Assembly (NCBI GenBank): GCA_045047305.1
Contig: JASFYO010000002.1
Span: forward strand, 96,001-160,000
Length of the DNA stretch: 64,000 nucleotides
From: Planctomycetota bacterium
Lineage (GTDB): Bacteria; Planctomycetota; UBA1135
Direction of reading: 5' to 3'
Shown: piece after piece, positions 1-10,924 of the stretch
How the letters are laid out: the number at the start of each line of letters is the position of its first letter
Numbering within the stretch: the first letter of the stretch is position 1
Made by a program: the position numbers and the translations under genes
Notes under the pieces: generated by a model
The model's input: the letters and a program-made list of their open reading frames with translations, nothing else
Database searches by the model: none
Told to the model about the DNA's origin: nothing

Positions 1-1
1 G

Positions 2-1084
2 ACGCAGTGGTTTGGCGGTTTGGGTGTCATCGCTTTGTTCGTAGTTGTTCTTCCACAGTTAGGAATTGCCGGACGCCAAATCCTTTTCGCCGAAGGCTCG
101 GATGCCACCACCGACGTCATCAGCCCCAGCGTACGCGAATCCGCCCGCCGTTTATGGCAGCTCTACGGCTTCCTCACCATTTTGGAAATGGGCATGCTGT
201 TTTTCCTTGGCAACATGGGTATCTACGATGCGTGCTGCCACGCCTTAACCACCATGTCGGCCGGCGGTTTCTCGCCGAACCCCGCCTCGATCGCTGGGTA
301 CAACAGCGCAAGCGTGGAATGGATTATCACCGGCTTCATGATCTTAAGTGGCATGAGCTTTCCACTGATTTGGGTTGGTTTCACGCGCCGACCAAAGGAA
401 TTCTTACGCGATGGCGAGTTCCGCTTCTACATCGTGTGCATCTTGCTCGCAGCCGGCGGATTGTCCTTCCTGCTTGCCGGGGGCATGCCCAGCATGGAAG
501 ATGTTCGTATTAGTTTATTCCAAACCACGAGTCTGATTTCAAGCACCGGATTCGCTAGCGTGGATTATGCGCAAGCACCCTGGACCGATGGCATGAGAGT
601 GCTTCTACTATTCGTCATGTTAGTTGGCGGGTGCGCGGGATCTGCAGCTGGTGGCCCCAAAGCAGTGCGTATTTTGTTATCGCTTAAATTCATGTGGCGC
701 GAATTCACCCGTGTATTGCACCCACGTGGGGTGATACCTCTACGCCACCGTGGACGCGCCGTACCCAACGACGCCATGCGCGCCATCCTCAATCTAGTAC
801 TTGTGTTTGGCGTATTAGAGTTGGTCGTAGGCGCGATGATGGTGCTGTTAAATCCCGGCATGGACCTCATCTCTGGATTCACATCGGCGCTGGCTTGCAT
901 CGGCAATATTGGCCCCGGCTTTGAAGCGGTTGGCCCGATGGAGAATTTCGCCGCGCTTCACCCGCTATCGAAAATCATTCTCACCCTAGGCATGTGGATG
1001 GGACGCTTGGAACTACTCACGGTCTTGGTGCTGCTCCATCCCGATGTCCTGCGCAATCTGCATTGGCGGGGCCGCCGTTCGTGA
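2..1084 (+). CDS. trkH: Trk-type K+ uptake membrane protein (5' truncated by window edge)
   Basis: Frame open from base 2 (TQWFGGLGVI). Pore-loop motifs TTMSAGGF, SSTGF, GGCAGSAAGG, ACIGNIGPG and C-terminal MWMGRLE. Confidence 0.95.
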   Translation, partial: TQWFGGLGVIALFVVVLPQLGIAGRQILFAEGSDATTDVISPSVRESARRLWQLYGFLTILEMGMLFFLGNMGIYDACCHALTTMSAGGFSPNPASIAGYNSASVEWIITGFMILSGMSFPLIWVGFTRRPKEFLRDGEFRFYIVCILLAAGGLSFLLAGGMPSMEDVRISLFQTTSLISSTGFASVDYAQAPWTDGMRVLLLFVMLVGGCAGSAAGGPKAVRILLSLKFMWREFTRVLHPRGVIPLRHRGRAVPNDAMRAILNLVLVFGVLELVVGAMMVLLNPGMDLISGFTSALACIGNIGPGFEAVGPMENFAALHPLSKIILTLGMWMGRLELLTVLVLLHPDVLRNLHWRGRRS

Positions 1085-2091
1085 TTAAGTACCTAGGCTC
1101 CAAACGCCTGCTACTTCCATTCATCCTCCAGGCATGTGAGGATGTAGTTGCGTCGGGCAAGGTACTGGATTTGTTTTCAGGAACCTCGCGCGTTGGCCAA
1201 GCGATGAAGGCTGCTGGCTACCGCGTGATTTCAAATGACAACAATCGTTACGCCGAAATTGTGGCACGTTGTTACGTTGAGGCCGACGCTGAAGAACATA
1301 CAGATTTTATTCAGCAGGCATTGATGGAGTTGCGTAATGCCCCCCCCATCGATGCTTGGTTCACCCAAACCTACTGTCGCGACAGCCGCTTCTTTCAACC
1401 CGAAAACGGAGTCAAGATCGAAGGTATGCGCTCTGCATTAGAAGCCATGCAACTGCCTGCGCTGCAGAAATCGATTCTATTGGTTTCCATCATGGAAGCT
1501 GCCGACCGAGTCGATTCCACCACTGGCGTGCAAATGGCATACCTAAAGCAATGGGCCAAACGATCCTCCAACTGCTTAGAATTGCGCGCACCAGAATTGC
1601 TACCGCGCTCCCAAGGCGGCAGCTGCGAAGCCTGGTGCATGGACGCCCTGGATGCCGCCAAACGTTTCCAAGGTGATTTGGTTTATCTAGATCCGCCGTA
1701 CAACCAACACTCCTATCTTGGCAACTATCACATCTGGGAAACCCTAGTGCGCTGGGATCAACCCGAGGTTTACGGCATTGCCTGCAAACGCGTGGATTGC
1801 CGCGAACGTCGCAGTTTGTTTAACTCCAAACCTGGTTTCAAAGACGCCTTTGGAGCCGTATTGCAAGCCCTCCACGGACACCCAATGATCATTTCATTCA
1901 ACGATGAAGGTTACATCACGCGAGAGGAAATGGTTCCGTTACTAGAACGACACGGCGCGGTAGAAGTCCGTGCGCAATCTCACCCGCGCTATGTTGGAGC
2001 AAAAATAGGGATTCATAACCAACAGGGCGTGAAAGTCGGCAAGGTCTCCCACCTCAGGAACAAGGAGTACTTGTTTCTGGTGCGTCCCTAA
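1081..2091 (+). CDS. D12-class N6-adenine DNA methyltransferase (orphan)
   Basis: GTG start overlapping the trkH stop (GTGA). IKYLGSK N-terminus, SAM-binding DLFSGT, catalytic YLDPPY. Confidence 0.9.
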   Translation: MIKYLGSKRLLLPFILQACEDVVASGKVLDLFSGTSRVGQAMKAAGYRVISNDNNRYAEIVARCYVEADAEEHTDFIQQALMELRNAPPIDAWFTQTYCRDSRFFQPENGVKIEGMRSALEAMQLPALQKSILLVSIMEAADRVDSTTGVQMAYLKQWAKRSSNCLELRAPELLPRSQGGSCEAWCMDALDAAKRFQGDLVYLDPPYNQHSYLGNYHIWETLVRWDQPEVYGIACKRVDCRERRSLFNSKPGFKDAFGAVLQALHGHPMIISFNDEGYITREEMVPLLERHGAVEVRAQSHPRYVGAKIGIHNQQGVKVGKVSHLRNKEYLFLVRP

Positions 2092-2119
2092 AGGGAGCTT
2101 GGGGGGAGGGTAGCTAGTT

Positions 2120-2536
2120 CTAGCCTTCGTGCATCGCGATGTAGTCGCGCATCTCACGCACCTCATCATGGATGAGGTCACGAATCGATAACACACCGAC
2201 CAGTTGGCCGACGGCATCGAGTACCGGCAAATGCCGGATGTGATGGCGGCGCATCAAGAAACGAGCATCCGATGTGGTGTGCCCGATTTCTGCGCAAATC
2301 AATTCCCGAGTCATGACATCCTCAACACACACTTTGTCGACATTGAGGTTTTGCAGCAAGACGCGTTTGAGCACGTCGCGCTCCGTGAAAAGACCCACTA
2401 ATTTGGTGCCATCCATGATTGCGGCTGCACCTACATTCGCTTCCGCCATTGCTTTGGCTGCATCGCGCACCGTGGCTTGCGGGCTAATCGAGACGACCCG
2501 CTTCTGCTTACCCACGAGATTATTCAGTTCTGTCAT
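2120..2536 (-). CDS. CBS-domain pair protein
   Basis: Two CBS repeats (LVGLFTERD; IRHLPV..LVGVLSIRDL). GGAG RBS upstream. Confidence 0.9.
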   Translation of the reverse strand: MTELNNLVGKQKRVVSISPQATVRDAAKAMAEANVGAAAIMDGTKLVGLFTERDVLKRVLLQNLNVDKVCVEDVMTRELICAEIGHTTSDARFLMRRHHIRHLPVLDAVGQLVGVLSIRDLIHDEVREMRDYIAMHEG

Positions 2537-2616
2537 TTATTTCTCCTTATCTAACTTTACGCTGTAAACATCCCTTTCACAAATTATTTTAGTCATAGAG
2601 TTGCAATCAAATAGCT

Positions 2617-3090
2617 CTACCCCGCCTCAACGGGTACTACAAGGTTGGGCCAAACCGCTTTTTGCTCGACTCCGAATAAAAGCGCAGTTTGAATCTGAGC
2701 GACCTCCTCACGCGTGGTGAAGGCATCGAGTGCGAGATCGCGAAGGTGGTTGGCATCGCGTACGGCGACGTGCACGAGAAAATCGAAATCTCCAGCGAGA
2801 TGGAAAAAGCCCACTGTTTCAGGCAATTGCAGGATGTGCTCCGTGAGGCTTACCACCTGATTGCGTGAATGTCGCGCCAACCGCACCTGAATCATCGCCT
2901 GGATTCCAATCCCAAGAGCTTGCGGATCCACCCGAGCATGAAACCCCTGTAAAACCCCATTTGCCTGGAGTCTTTTGACCCGCTCCAAACAACTGGAGGC
3001 CGCCAAATGCACTTTCGCCGCAAGCTCCTTGTTATTGAGCCGTGCATTCTTCTGTAATTCATCTAGAATTGCGTAATCTATTCGGTCCAT
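2617..3090 (-). CDS. Lrp/AsnC family transcriptional regulator
   Basis: MDRIDYAILDELQKNAR..ELAAKV HTH plus C-terminal ligand domain (LAGDFDFLV). Divergent from the PLP lyase. Confidence 0.95.
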   Translation of the reverse strand: MDRIDYAILDELQKNARLNNKELAAKVHLAASSCLERVKRLQANGVLQGFHARVDPQALGIGIQAMIQVRLARHSRNQVVSLTEHILQLPETVGFFHLAGDFDFLVHVAVRDANHLRDLALDAFTTREEVAQIQTALLFGVEQKAVWPNLVVPVEAG

Positions 3091-3160
3091 AAGCCAATAC
3101 TACCGCTAAATACGTGGATTATTCGATGGATTCCGCATGATTTTCGGATGGAATTAGGCC

Positions 3161-4378
3161 ATGGCTTACCATCTTGATACGCAGGCCGTCCATGGAGGAC
3201 GGGAAGATTTTCGCGACCTGGGCGTGCACGCTCCGCCGCTAGATTTCTCCACGACCTATCCAGTCCCAGACCTGGAGAGCGGCCGCGACAGCATTGATGC
3301 TTTAGCTAGCGGGAAAGCCCGTGCCGACTCCCCCATTTATGCGCGTTTGCACAACCCTACGGTCGATCGCTATGAAACGGCGTTTGCCGTGATGGAAAAC
3401 GCAGAGGCAAGCATCGCATTCGCTTCTGGTATGGCTGCGATTAACGGTATCTTTCAGGCCCTACGTATCCGCGACATGCAAGATGGGATCAAGCGCAACC
3501 GCATTCTGGCCGTGCGGCCGCTTTACGGCTGTACCGATCACTTGCTCGCAAGCGGTCTACTTGGTTTCGATGTTACTTGGGTTCACGAAAATGGCATTGC
3601 GGATGAAATCGATGAGAGCGTCGCGTTGATCGTGGTGGAAACCCCAGCCAACCCGACCCTGAGTTTGGTCGACATCGCAGCGGTGGTCGCACAAAGCGGT
3701 GGTGTTCCGGTGATGGTGGATAACACTTTTGCCACCCCACTACTGCAACTACCGCTCAACCTTGGTGCCACCTTCTCGGTGCATAGTGGGACCAAATACC
3801 TCGGTGGCCATGGCGACGTGCTCGCCGGCATCGTTGCAACCGACAACACTTGGGCAGCACGCATTCGTCAGGTACGTATCCTCACTGGCGGCAACCTACA
3901 CCCGATGGCGGCTTACCTTTTGCATCGTAGCCTTCCAACCCTTGGCTTACGCGTCGAACGTGCCCAGGAAAACGCGCGGGTTTTAGTCGACCGCTTGGCC
4001 CAACATCATCAGGTTGCTGCCATGTACTACCCAGGCTTTGCCGACAGCGACCCGACTGACATCGTCGGACGCCAGATGAAGGGCACTGGATCGGTAATTG
4101 CACTCGAGATGCACGGTGGCTTTGCTGCTGCCGCAAGCATGATGCAAGCGGTGAAGTTGTTTACCCCTGCCGTCAGCCTTGGCTCTACGGATAGCCTGAT
4201 AGAGCACCCTGCAGGCCTCACCCATCGCATTGTGGCTGAGGAAGGTCGCGAAGAAGGAGGCATCACCGAAGGCCTGGTTCGTATTGCCGTCGGCATTGAG
4301 CACATTGAGGATCTATGGCAGGACCTCGAACAAGCGCTTGAGAGCCTGCCAGTACCAGCGGCACGAAAAACCGCTTAA
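3161..4378 (+). CDS. Cys/Met metabolism PLP enzyme, methionine gamma-lyase-like
   Basis: YARLHNPT, FASGMAAI, LYGCT (Cys typical of MGL), VDNTFATP, HSGTKYLGGHGD with PLP lysine, AVSLG. Confidence 0.85.
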   Translation: MAYHLDTQAVHGGREDFRDLGVHAPPLDFSTTYPVPDLESGRDSIDALASGKARADSPIYARLHNPTVDRYETAFAVMENAEASIAFASGMAAINGIFQALRIRDMQDGIKRNRILAVRPLYGCTDHLLASGLLGFDVTWVHENGIADEIDESVALIVVETPANPTLSLVDIAAVVAQSGGVPVMVDNTFATPLLQLPLNLGATFSVHSGTKYLGGHGDVLAGIVATDNTWAARIRQVRILTGGNLHPMAAYLLHRSLPTLGLRVERAQENARVLVDRLAQHHQVAAMYYPGFADSDPTDIVGRQMKGTGSVIALEMHGGFAAAASMMQAVKLFTPAVSLGSTDSLIEHPAGLTHRIVAEEGREEGGITEGLVRIAVGIEHIEDLWQDLEQALESLPVPAARKTA

Positions 4379-6777
4379 GCCTTCTGCGTGGCTGCTTTCT
4401 CTTCCTTTAGCACCACGCCCATCATGTGAACAAGGCTGTCTGGGTTGAGCGAGATGGAATCTATCCCTCGCTCGACTAACCACTGCGTGATTTCAGGGAA
4501 ATCGGAGGGAGCTTGACCACAAATACCGATGTACTTGCCTTGCGCGCGGCAAGCCTTAATCGCCATTTCCATGAGTCTTAGCACGGCGGGATTGCGTTCA
4601 TCGTATCCAGTTAGCATGCCGGAATCCCGGTCCACCCCTAGAGTGAGCTGAGTGAGGTCATTGGAACCGATGGAAAGGCCATCGAAGTGTTCGAGGAACT
4701 CATCGGCAAGAATGGCATTACTCGGAAGTTCACACATCAAATAAACCTTGAGCCCATTTTCTCCACGACGCAATCCATAGCTAGCCATCTTATCCAGCAC
4801 CGCCTTGCCCTCTTCGACAGTGCGCACGAATGGGATCATCAGAATGACATTATCCAAGCCCATTTCCTCGCGCACACCTTTTAGCGCAGCGCATTCCATG
4901 GCGAAGGCTTCGGCGAATTGTTCGGAGAAGTAACGCGAAGCGCCGCGCCAGCCCAACATGGGGTTTTCTTCAAAGGGTTCATAGCGCGTACCGCCAAGCA
5001 GAGCCGCATATTCATTCGACTTGAAGTCGGACATACGCACCACCACCGGCCGCGGATGAAAGGCTGCAGCGATGGTTGCAACGCCTTCTGCCAAACGTCG
5101 AACGAAATAGTCTCGCGGGGTTGGATACCCTGCAATGATGGGCTCGATTTTTGCCCGCGTTTCCGCATCCAGGCCCTCGAAATCGAGCAAAGCCTGAGGG
5201 TGGACCTTGATGCTGTTGTTGATGATGAATTCAAGTCGAGCAAGGCCGACACCATCGGCAGGTAGACCGGAGAAATTTAGCGCCTGCTGCGGGTCGCCCA
5301 CATTGAGGTAAAGCTTGGTCTTCGGCTTCTCACGTCCTTCCAGATTGATCGTTTCTGCACTAAACGGTAAGACACCGGAATACACGTAACCGGTTTCCCC
5401 TTCTGCGCAGGAGACCGTCACTTTTTGATTCATCTTGATGCGTTCGGTTGCATCGCCACAACCCACAATGGCAGGAATGCCTAACTCGCGCGCAATGATG
5501 GCTGCATGGCAGGTTCGTCCACCGCGGTTGGTGACGATGGCGGATGCCGTTTTCATCACTGGCTCCCAATCAGGGTCAGTGATGTCGGTGACTAGGACAT
5601 CGCCGGGATGCACCTCGTGCATATTCTCTGAATCCAAAATGACACGTGCTGTTCCAGCGCCAATACGTTTGCCAACTGCGCGTCCTTCGACCAACACGGG
5701 GCCGCGTTCTTCCAACTGAAAGATCTCGTGGATATATCCAGTCTGACGCGAATGTACCGTTTCAGGGCGCGCTTGCAAAATGTAAAGCTCGCCATCTAAA
5801 CCATCCTTCGCCCATTCAATGTCCATTGGAGTGGGCTTCCCGCGTTCGTTGCTGTAATGATCTTCAATCAGTAAAGCGAATCGCGCCAACTGCTCGACTT
5901 CCTCATCGCTCAGGCAAAACTTCTTTTGCTCATCAATCAAAACCGCGACATTATGCACCGCACGGGTGGTGTCGGGATCACGGTCATAGACCATCTTGAT
6001 GGCCTTTTCTCCCAAACGTCTACGCAGAATCGGACGATTCCCAGCCCGCAAACCGGGCTTGTAGACATGCCATTCATCGGGGTTCACCGCACCTTGCACG
6101 ACATTCTCTCCAAGCCCATAAGCACCGTTGATGAGCACCAAATCGCGGAACCCCGTTTCCGTATCTAGGGTAAACATGACACCTGCACAACCGCGATCAG
6201 AGCGCACCATTTTCTGAACCCCAACCGAAATCGCAATCTCATCCACTCCATAACCTGTATGCGCGCGATAGGAAATCGCACGATTGGTATACAGACTGGC
6301 ATATACCCGGCGCACCTTCTCAATCAATACGGTCGAGGTACGCACGTTCAGGAAAGTCTCTTGTTGCCCCGCAAAGGAAGCATCAGGTAGATCTTCCGCA
6401 GTTGCAGAGCTGCGCACAGCTACGTCGTAATTGGTGCCGTACTCATTTTCGCGTCTGTTGTAGGCCGCGCGTATTTCAGCCGCTAAATCAACTGGCATTG
6501 GTGCTGCGCGAATCCACTGGCGAATCAAAGAACCGACTTGTTCTAATTGATCAAGTTTGGTCGGATCCAATCCCTTGATGGCCTGATCAATACGGGCCTC
6601 GAGATTGTTCTCACGTAAAAAATGGCGGTAAGCATTCGCCGTGACGGCGAAACCATTGGGCACTTGCACGCCCAAATCGGACAGTGCATGGAACATCTCA
6701 CCGAGGGATGAGTTCTTGCCGCCCACTTGAGGTAGGTCGGCAAGGCGAATTTTTGAAAAGGGAAGAATGAAGGTCAT
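4375..6777 (-). CDS. ppsA: Phosphoenolpyruvate synthase
   Basis: VGGKNSSLGEM, VRSSATAEDLP.ASFAGQQ, phospho-His GGRTCHAAI, SIGSNDLTQ, GICGQAPSD. Confidence 0.97.
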   Translation of the reverse strand: MTFILPFSKIRLADLPQVGGKNSSLGEMFHALSDLGVQVPNGFAVTANAYRHFLRENNLEARIDQAIKGLDPTKLDQLEQVGSLIRQWIRAAPMPVDLAAEIRAAYNRRENEYGTNYDVAVRSSATAEDLPDASFAGQQETFLNVRTSTVLIEKVRRVYASLYTNRAISYRAHTGYGVDEIAISVGVQKMVRSDRGCAGVMFTLDTETGFRDLVLINGAYGLGENVVQGAVNPDEWHVYKPGLRAGNRPILRRRLGEKAIKMVYDRDPDTTRAVHNVAVLIDEQKKFCLSDEEVEQLARFALLIEDHYSNERGKPTPMDIEWAKDGLDGELYILQARPETVHSRQTGYIHEIFQLEERGPVLVEGRAVGKRIGAGTARVILDSENMHEVHPGDVLVTDITDPDWEPVMKTASAIVTNRGGRTCHAAIIARELGIPAIVGCGDATERIKMNQKVTVSCAEGETGYVYSGVLPFSAETINLEGREKPKTKLYLNVGDPQQALNFSGLPADGVGLARLEFIINNSIKVHPQALLDFEGLDAETRAKIEPIIAGYPTPRDYFVRRLAEGVATIAAAFHPRPVVVRMSDFKSNEYAALLGGTRYEPFEENPMLGWRGASRYFSEQFAEAFAMECAALKGVREEMGLDNVILMIPFVRTVEEGKAVLDKMASYGLRRGENGLKVYLMCELPSNAILADEFLEHFDGLSIGSNDLTQLTLGVDRDSGMLTGYDERNPAVLRLMEMAIKACRAQGKYIGICGQAPSDFPEITQWLVERGIDSISLNPDSLVHMMGVVLKEEKAATQKA

Positions 6778-6827
6778 GGGGGGAAGTACCTGACTTATGT
6801 ATACCCTTATCTTGGACGTTTTTCCGC

Positions 6828-7661
6828 CTATTCCTCAATCATATGGCGATACAAGAAGTCCAACGCCACCGGCATGATGTCATCGGTCTCGGCACGCATG
6901 ACTGTATGCCCTTGCTGCGGATAGTAATTAGTTTCGCAAACGATTCTCGCGGCAAGTGCGGTGGATTCCAACTCAAGTGCGTAAGCAAAAGGAACCCGCA
7001 TATCCTGCATGCCATGATTGATCAGCAAGGGTGCCTCACCATGTCCAATACTCGGTAGGTTGTAAAGACGGCCGCTTACATCGACGCATGCAGCAACGGC
7101 AAAGGAAACATCCGGCAAGTTTGGATTATGTACCTTCAAGCCTTGGTCATAAGCCGCGCCAAGAACCGCATAACCACCAGAACTATTACCACAAATAGCA
7201 ATTTTTTCCGGATCGATACGTAACGCGGACGCTTGCGTACGCAGCCAACGCACGGCGGCTTGGGTATCTGCTCCAGCATAAATGGCGCCCAGATTCTGGC
7301 GATCCCAGGCGGTGACCAACCGATAGTTCAAAGCAATCGCAACATAGCCACGCGAAGCGTAATAGTTGCACATGGTTTCCATTTCAGACTTATCGCCACC
7401 GGTAAAACCACCTCCATGCACCCAGAAAACTACTGCGCGCGCCTCTGCGTTATCACCCGCAGGCTGATAAATATCTAACTGCAAATCATCCACGAAGTTG
7501 GTGGAGAAGTTGAGCACAGCACCGTACGAAACATCTTTCGTCAGGGTTACACCGAAGGTTGGATCGATGTACCGCACGTTGACGAATTCTCCCGCGGGGG
7601 TCGGGGAAAGAGAAACGAATGAGAGGACGGAGAGCGCAAGAATCTGGAGGAGCGCTTTCAC
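6828..7661 (-). CDS. Exported alpha/beta hydrolase (esterase/lipase)
   Basis: Signal peptide, HGGGF oxyanion motif, GNSSGG nucleophile, HG..D and GH triad positions. Confidence 0.85.
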   Translation of the reverse strand: MKALLQILALSVLSFVSLSPTPAGEFVNVRYIDPTFGVTLTKDVSYGAVLNFSTNFVDDLQLDIYQPAGDNAEARAVVFWVHGGGFTGGDKSEMETMCNYYASRGYVAIALNYRLVTAWDRQNLGAIYAGADTQAAVRWLRTQASALRIDPEKIAICGNSSGGYAVLGAAYDQGLKVHNPNLPDVSFAVAACVDVSGRLYNLPSIGHGEAPLLINHGMQDMRVPFAYALELESTALAARIVCETNYYPQQGHTVMRAETDDIMPVALDFLYRHMIEE

Positions 7662-7719
7662 GGAGGGACTTCTACCCTACCAAGAGAAACTCAATTTTGG
7701 AAGGAACTTGCGTATTTCC

Positions 7720-9681
7720 TCAATCCAAGGCCAGCTGCGGCCTTTCCCTATATTGCTCAAGTGCCTCAGGGTTGGCGAGAGCTTCGGTGTTTTTCACCCT
7801 GCGGCCGTGGACGACGTCACGCACCGCGATTTCTGATATTTTCCCGCTGCGTGTCCGCGGGATATCAGAAACAGCACAAATCACCGCGGGAACATGCCTA
7901 GGCGTAGCTTGAGTCCTAATTTCATGGCGCAAACGGTCCTCTAAGCTTTGGTCAAGGACCACATTCTCAGCTAAGCGCAGGAATAAAACTACGCGTTGGT
8001 CTCCATCACCGGTGTCCTGGCCAATCACAACCGCCTCCTCCACTTCTTCAAAGCGCTCCACTTGGCGATAAATCTCTGCGGTGCCAATACGCACACCACC
8101 AGGGTTGAGAGTGGTATCGGAGCGGCCGTAAACGATAAGTCCCTGATTTACAGTAAGAGCAACCCAATCACCGTGCCGCCAAACATTGGGATAGGTGCTG
8201 AAGTAGGCTTCGAAATAGCGGCTGCCGTTGGAATCGTTCCAAAACCCGACCGGCATCGAAGGAAAGGACTTCGTGCATACCAACTCCCCTGCTTGATCAA
8301 CAACAGGTTGGTTTTCATCCTCCCAAACTTCGACTGCCATACCAAGACCACGTTTTTGCAATTCTCCGCGTCTTACTGGCGCAATTGGGCAACCTAATGC
8401 GAAGCAGGACAGTAAATCTGTTCCGCCCGTGATCGATGCTAATTGCAGATTTGCTTTCACATCCTTGTAAACCCAATCGAAAGATTCTGCAACCAGGGGT
8501 GAGCCTGTGGAAAGTATCAGGCGAAGGTGATTGCATTGATGACTCTCGCGTGGGGCGAGTCCTGCTTTCTTGCACGCATCTAAGTACTTGGCAGAGGTAC
8601 CAAAAACATGGAGTTGCTCGCGGTCGATGAGATCCCACATCGCATCGGGTGATGGATGGAAGGGGTTGCCGTCGAAAAGCACCACGGTGGCGCCTGTAGC
8701 CAAACCAGTCACCAACCAGTTCCACATCATCCACCCTGTGGTGGTGTAATAAAAGAAACGTTCACCCTCGCGCAAATCACAATGCAATACGTGCTCTTTA
8801 CGATGCTGCAATAAGGTCCCTCCTTGTCCATGAACAATACACTTTGGCTGGCCGGTGGTTCCAGAACTAAACATCACATAAAGTGGATGCGCAAACGGCA
8901 AAGGTGCAAAGGCCAGTACATGCTCCTCAGCAGCTTGTTGCGCCTGCTCCCAAGTGCAGGCAAGACCATCCTCCTTACACCAAGCAGTGCTTGCGTCCTG
9001 CTGCAGAAATGGAATCGTGACCACCTTTTCCAAAGAGGAAAGACCATCCACGATGGCGCCTAACTTCTGCCGCGTGTCGATGGTCTTGCCCTTGAAAGAA
9101 TAACTTTCGACAGCGAGCAAAACTTTAGGCGCAATCTGGCTAAACCGATCTAAAACACCGCGCTCGCCAAAGTCTGGTGAACAGGAAGACCACACCGCGC
9201 CCAAGCTGGAAGCTGCAAGCATGCCAATCACAGCCTCGGGGCAATTGGGCAAGAAAGCTGCAACGCGATCCCCCTCTTTTACACCCCACTCCAAAAAATT
9301 GGCTTGAAGGCGGCGGACTCTCTCGCGCAACTCGTCGCGGCTGAAAGCTATGCGCGTTCCATTCTCACCGCAAAACACCAAAGCCTCGGCCGCACCAGTG
9401 TGAGAAAGGAGGTTCTCGGCAAAGTTCAATTGTGCTTCCGGGAACCACTCAGCGCCAGGCATGGCATCCATACCGAGGATGATGGAGCCCTTCTGACCCA
9501 CCACTCCGGTAAAATCCCACACCGCACTCCAAAAGTCTTCGCGGTTTTCAATCGACCACTGCCACAAGGCATCGTAGCCATTGTCCTTCCCTTCGAGCGC
9601 AAAACCAATCTGTGCAGCAAAGGCTGTCAAACGACTTTGCGCGACACAAGCCGCACTCGGTTGCCACAGGACTTCGTGCAT
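7720..9681 (-). CDS. Acetoacetate--CoA ligase
   Basis: WSSCSPDFG, MFSSGTTGQPKCIVH, TTTGWMMWNW, GRSDTTLNPGGVRIG, NTEALANPE. Confidence 0.93.
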   Translation of the reverse strand: MHEVLWQPSAACVAQSRLTAFAAQIGFALEGKDNGYDALWQWSIENREDFWSAVWDFTGVVGQKGSIILGMDAMPGAEWFPEAQLNFAENLLSHTGAAEALVFCGENGTRIAFSRDELRERVRRLQANFLEWGVKEGDRVAAFLPNCPEAVIGMLAASSLGAVWSSCSPDFGERGVLDRFSQIAPKVLLAVESYSFKGKTIDTRQKLGAIVDGLSSLEKVVTIPFLQQDASTAWCKEDGLACTWEQAQQAAEEHVLAFAPLPFAHPLYVMFSSGTTGQPKCIVHGQGGTLLQHRKEHVLHCDLREGERFFYYTTTGWMMWNWLVTGLATGATVVLFDGNPFHPSPDAMWDLIDREQLHVFGTSAKYLDACKKAGLAPRESHQCNHLRLILSTGSPLVAESFDWVYKDVKANLQLASITGGTDLLSCFALGCPIAPVRRGELQKRGLGMAVEVWEDENQPVVDQAGELVCTKSFPSMPVGFWNDSNGSRYFEAYFSTYPNVWRHGDWVALTVNQGLIVYGRSDTTLNPGGVRIGTAEIYRQVERFEEVEEAVVIGQDTGDGDQRVVLFLRLAENVVLDQSLEDRLRHEIRTQATPRHVPAVICAVSDIPRTRSGKISEIAVRDVVHGRRVKNTEALANPEALEQYRERPQLALD

Positions 9682-9696
9682 CTGGGTTTTCCTGGT

Positions 9697-10902
9697 TTAA
9701 GAAATGACGCCGTGAGCGCGACCAACTTTGATAAAGGCCTGGACGGCTTTCTCGATGTGGGCTTCGGTGTGTCCAGCAGAAATCTGCACCCGGATTCGCG
9801 CCTGACCTTTAGGCACAACCGGAAAGCTAAAGCCAATCACATAAATCCCCTCGGCAAGCAAATCCTTGGCCATGTCGGCAGCGAGACGTGCATCACCCAA
9901 CATAATGGGAGCAATCGCATGCACACTTTCGGGAATGTTGAAGCCTGCAGCCGTCATCTTTTCGCGGAAGATCATGGTGTTGGCTTCAAGACGGTCACGA
10001 AGCTCAGTAGTAGTAGACAAACGATCGAAAACCGCAATGCTGGCAGCCACAATCGGGGGCGCGACTGAATTTGAGAACAGGTAAGGACGCGAGCGATTGC
10101 GCAACATGTCGATGACAATCTTATTGGCGCAAGTAAAGCCACCACTCGCCCCGCCCAATGCTTTGCCAAGGGTACTGGTGATAATGTCCACTCGCCCCAT
10201 GACCCCACAATGCTCATGGGTACCGCGACCGGTCTTGCCCATGAAACCCGTGCTGTGCGAATCATCGACGTGCACCATTGCGCCGTATTGATCTGCCAAA
10301 TCACAGATCTCCTTCAGCTTGGCGATGAAGCCGTCCATCGAAAACACGCCGTCGGTCGAAATCAAAATCCGGCGCGCCCCAGCTGCACGCGCTTGCTTGA
10401 GGCAGTCCTCCAGCTCTTGCATATTGCTGTTGGCGTAACGAAAACGCTTGGCCTTAGACAAACGCACTCCATCGATAATCGATGCGTGGTTGAGCGAATC
10501 CGAAACGACTGCATCTTCCGCCTTCAAAATTGTCTCATAGAGGCCACCATTTGCATCGAAGCAGGAGGTGTAAAGGATCGTATCCTCAAAGCCTAAAAAT
10601 TCGGAAATCTTCTCTTCGAGTTGCTTGTGAATGTCCTGAGTTCCGCAAATAAAGCGTACAGAAGACATGCCAAAGCCACGCTCGTTCAGACAATCCGCTG
10701 CTGCCTTAATTAGAGCGGGATCGTCTGAAAGTCCTAGGTAATTATTCGCGCAAAAGTTGGTCACTTCTTCACCGCTCGACACCTTGATATCGGCATCTTG
10801 TGGGGTAGTGATCACGCGCTCCTCTTTCCACAAACCAGCGTCGCGGATTTCTTGCAGTTCCGCTGCAATGGATTCAAGGAATTCAGTTTTTCCGTTTGCC
10901 AT
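9697..10902 (-). CDS. kbl: Glycine C-acetyltransferase (2-amino-3-ketobutyrate CoA ligase)
   Basis: [38 protein letters not shown]. Start at ATG 10902 or 10923 rather than the ORF-track 10980. Confidence 0.95.
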   Translation of the reverse strand: MANGKTEFLESIAAELQEIRDAGLWKEERVITTPQDADIKVSSGEEVTNFCANNYLGLSDDPALIKAAADCLNERGFGMSSVRFICGTQDIHKQLEEKISEFLGFEDTILYTSCFDANGGLYETILKAEDAVVSDSLNHASIIDGVRLSKAKRFRYANSNMQELEDCLKQARAAGARRILISTDGVFSMDGFIAKLKEICDLADQYGAMVHVDDSHSTGFMGKTGRGTHEHCGVMGRVDIITSTLGKALGGASGGFTCANKIVIDMLRNRSRPYLFSNSVAPPIVAASIAVFDRLSTTTELRDRLEANTMIFREKMTAAGFNIPESVHAIAPIMLGDARLAADMAKDLLAEGIYVIGFSFPVVPKGQARIRVQISAGHTEAHIEKAVQAFIKVGRAHGVIS

Positions 10903-10924
10903 GGTAGTTTCAGGATTGGACATC

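Noticed and set aside
2093..2110. G-rich tract between convergent genes (possible G-quadruplex)
   Set aside because: Only three separable G runs, with no supporting evidence.
9304..10068. Long antisense or alternate-frame ORFs (also 26388-27065, 30304-30990, 53042-53737)
   Set aside because: Shadows of well-supported genes in GC-rich DNA, with no recognisable motifs.
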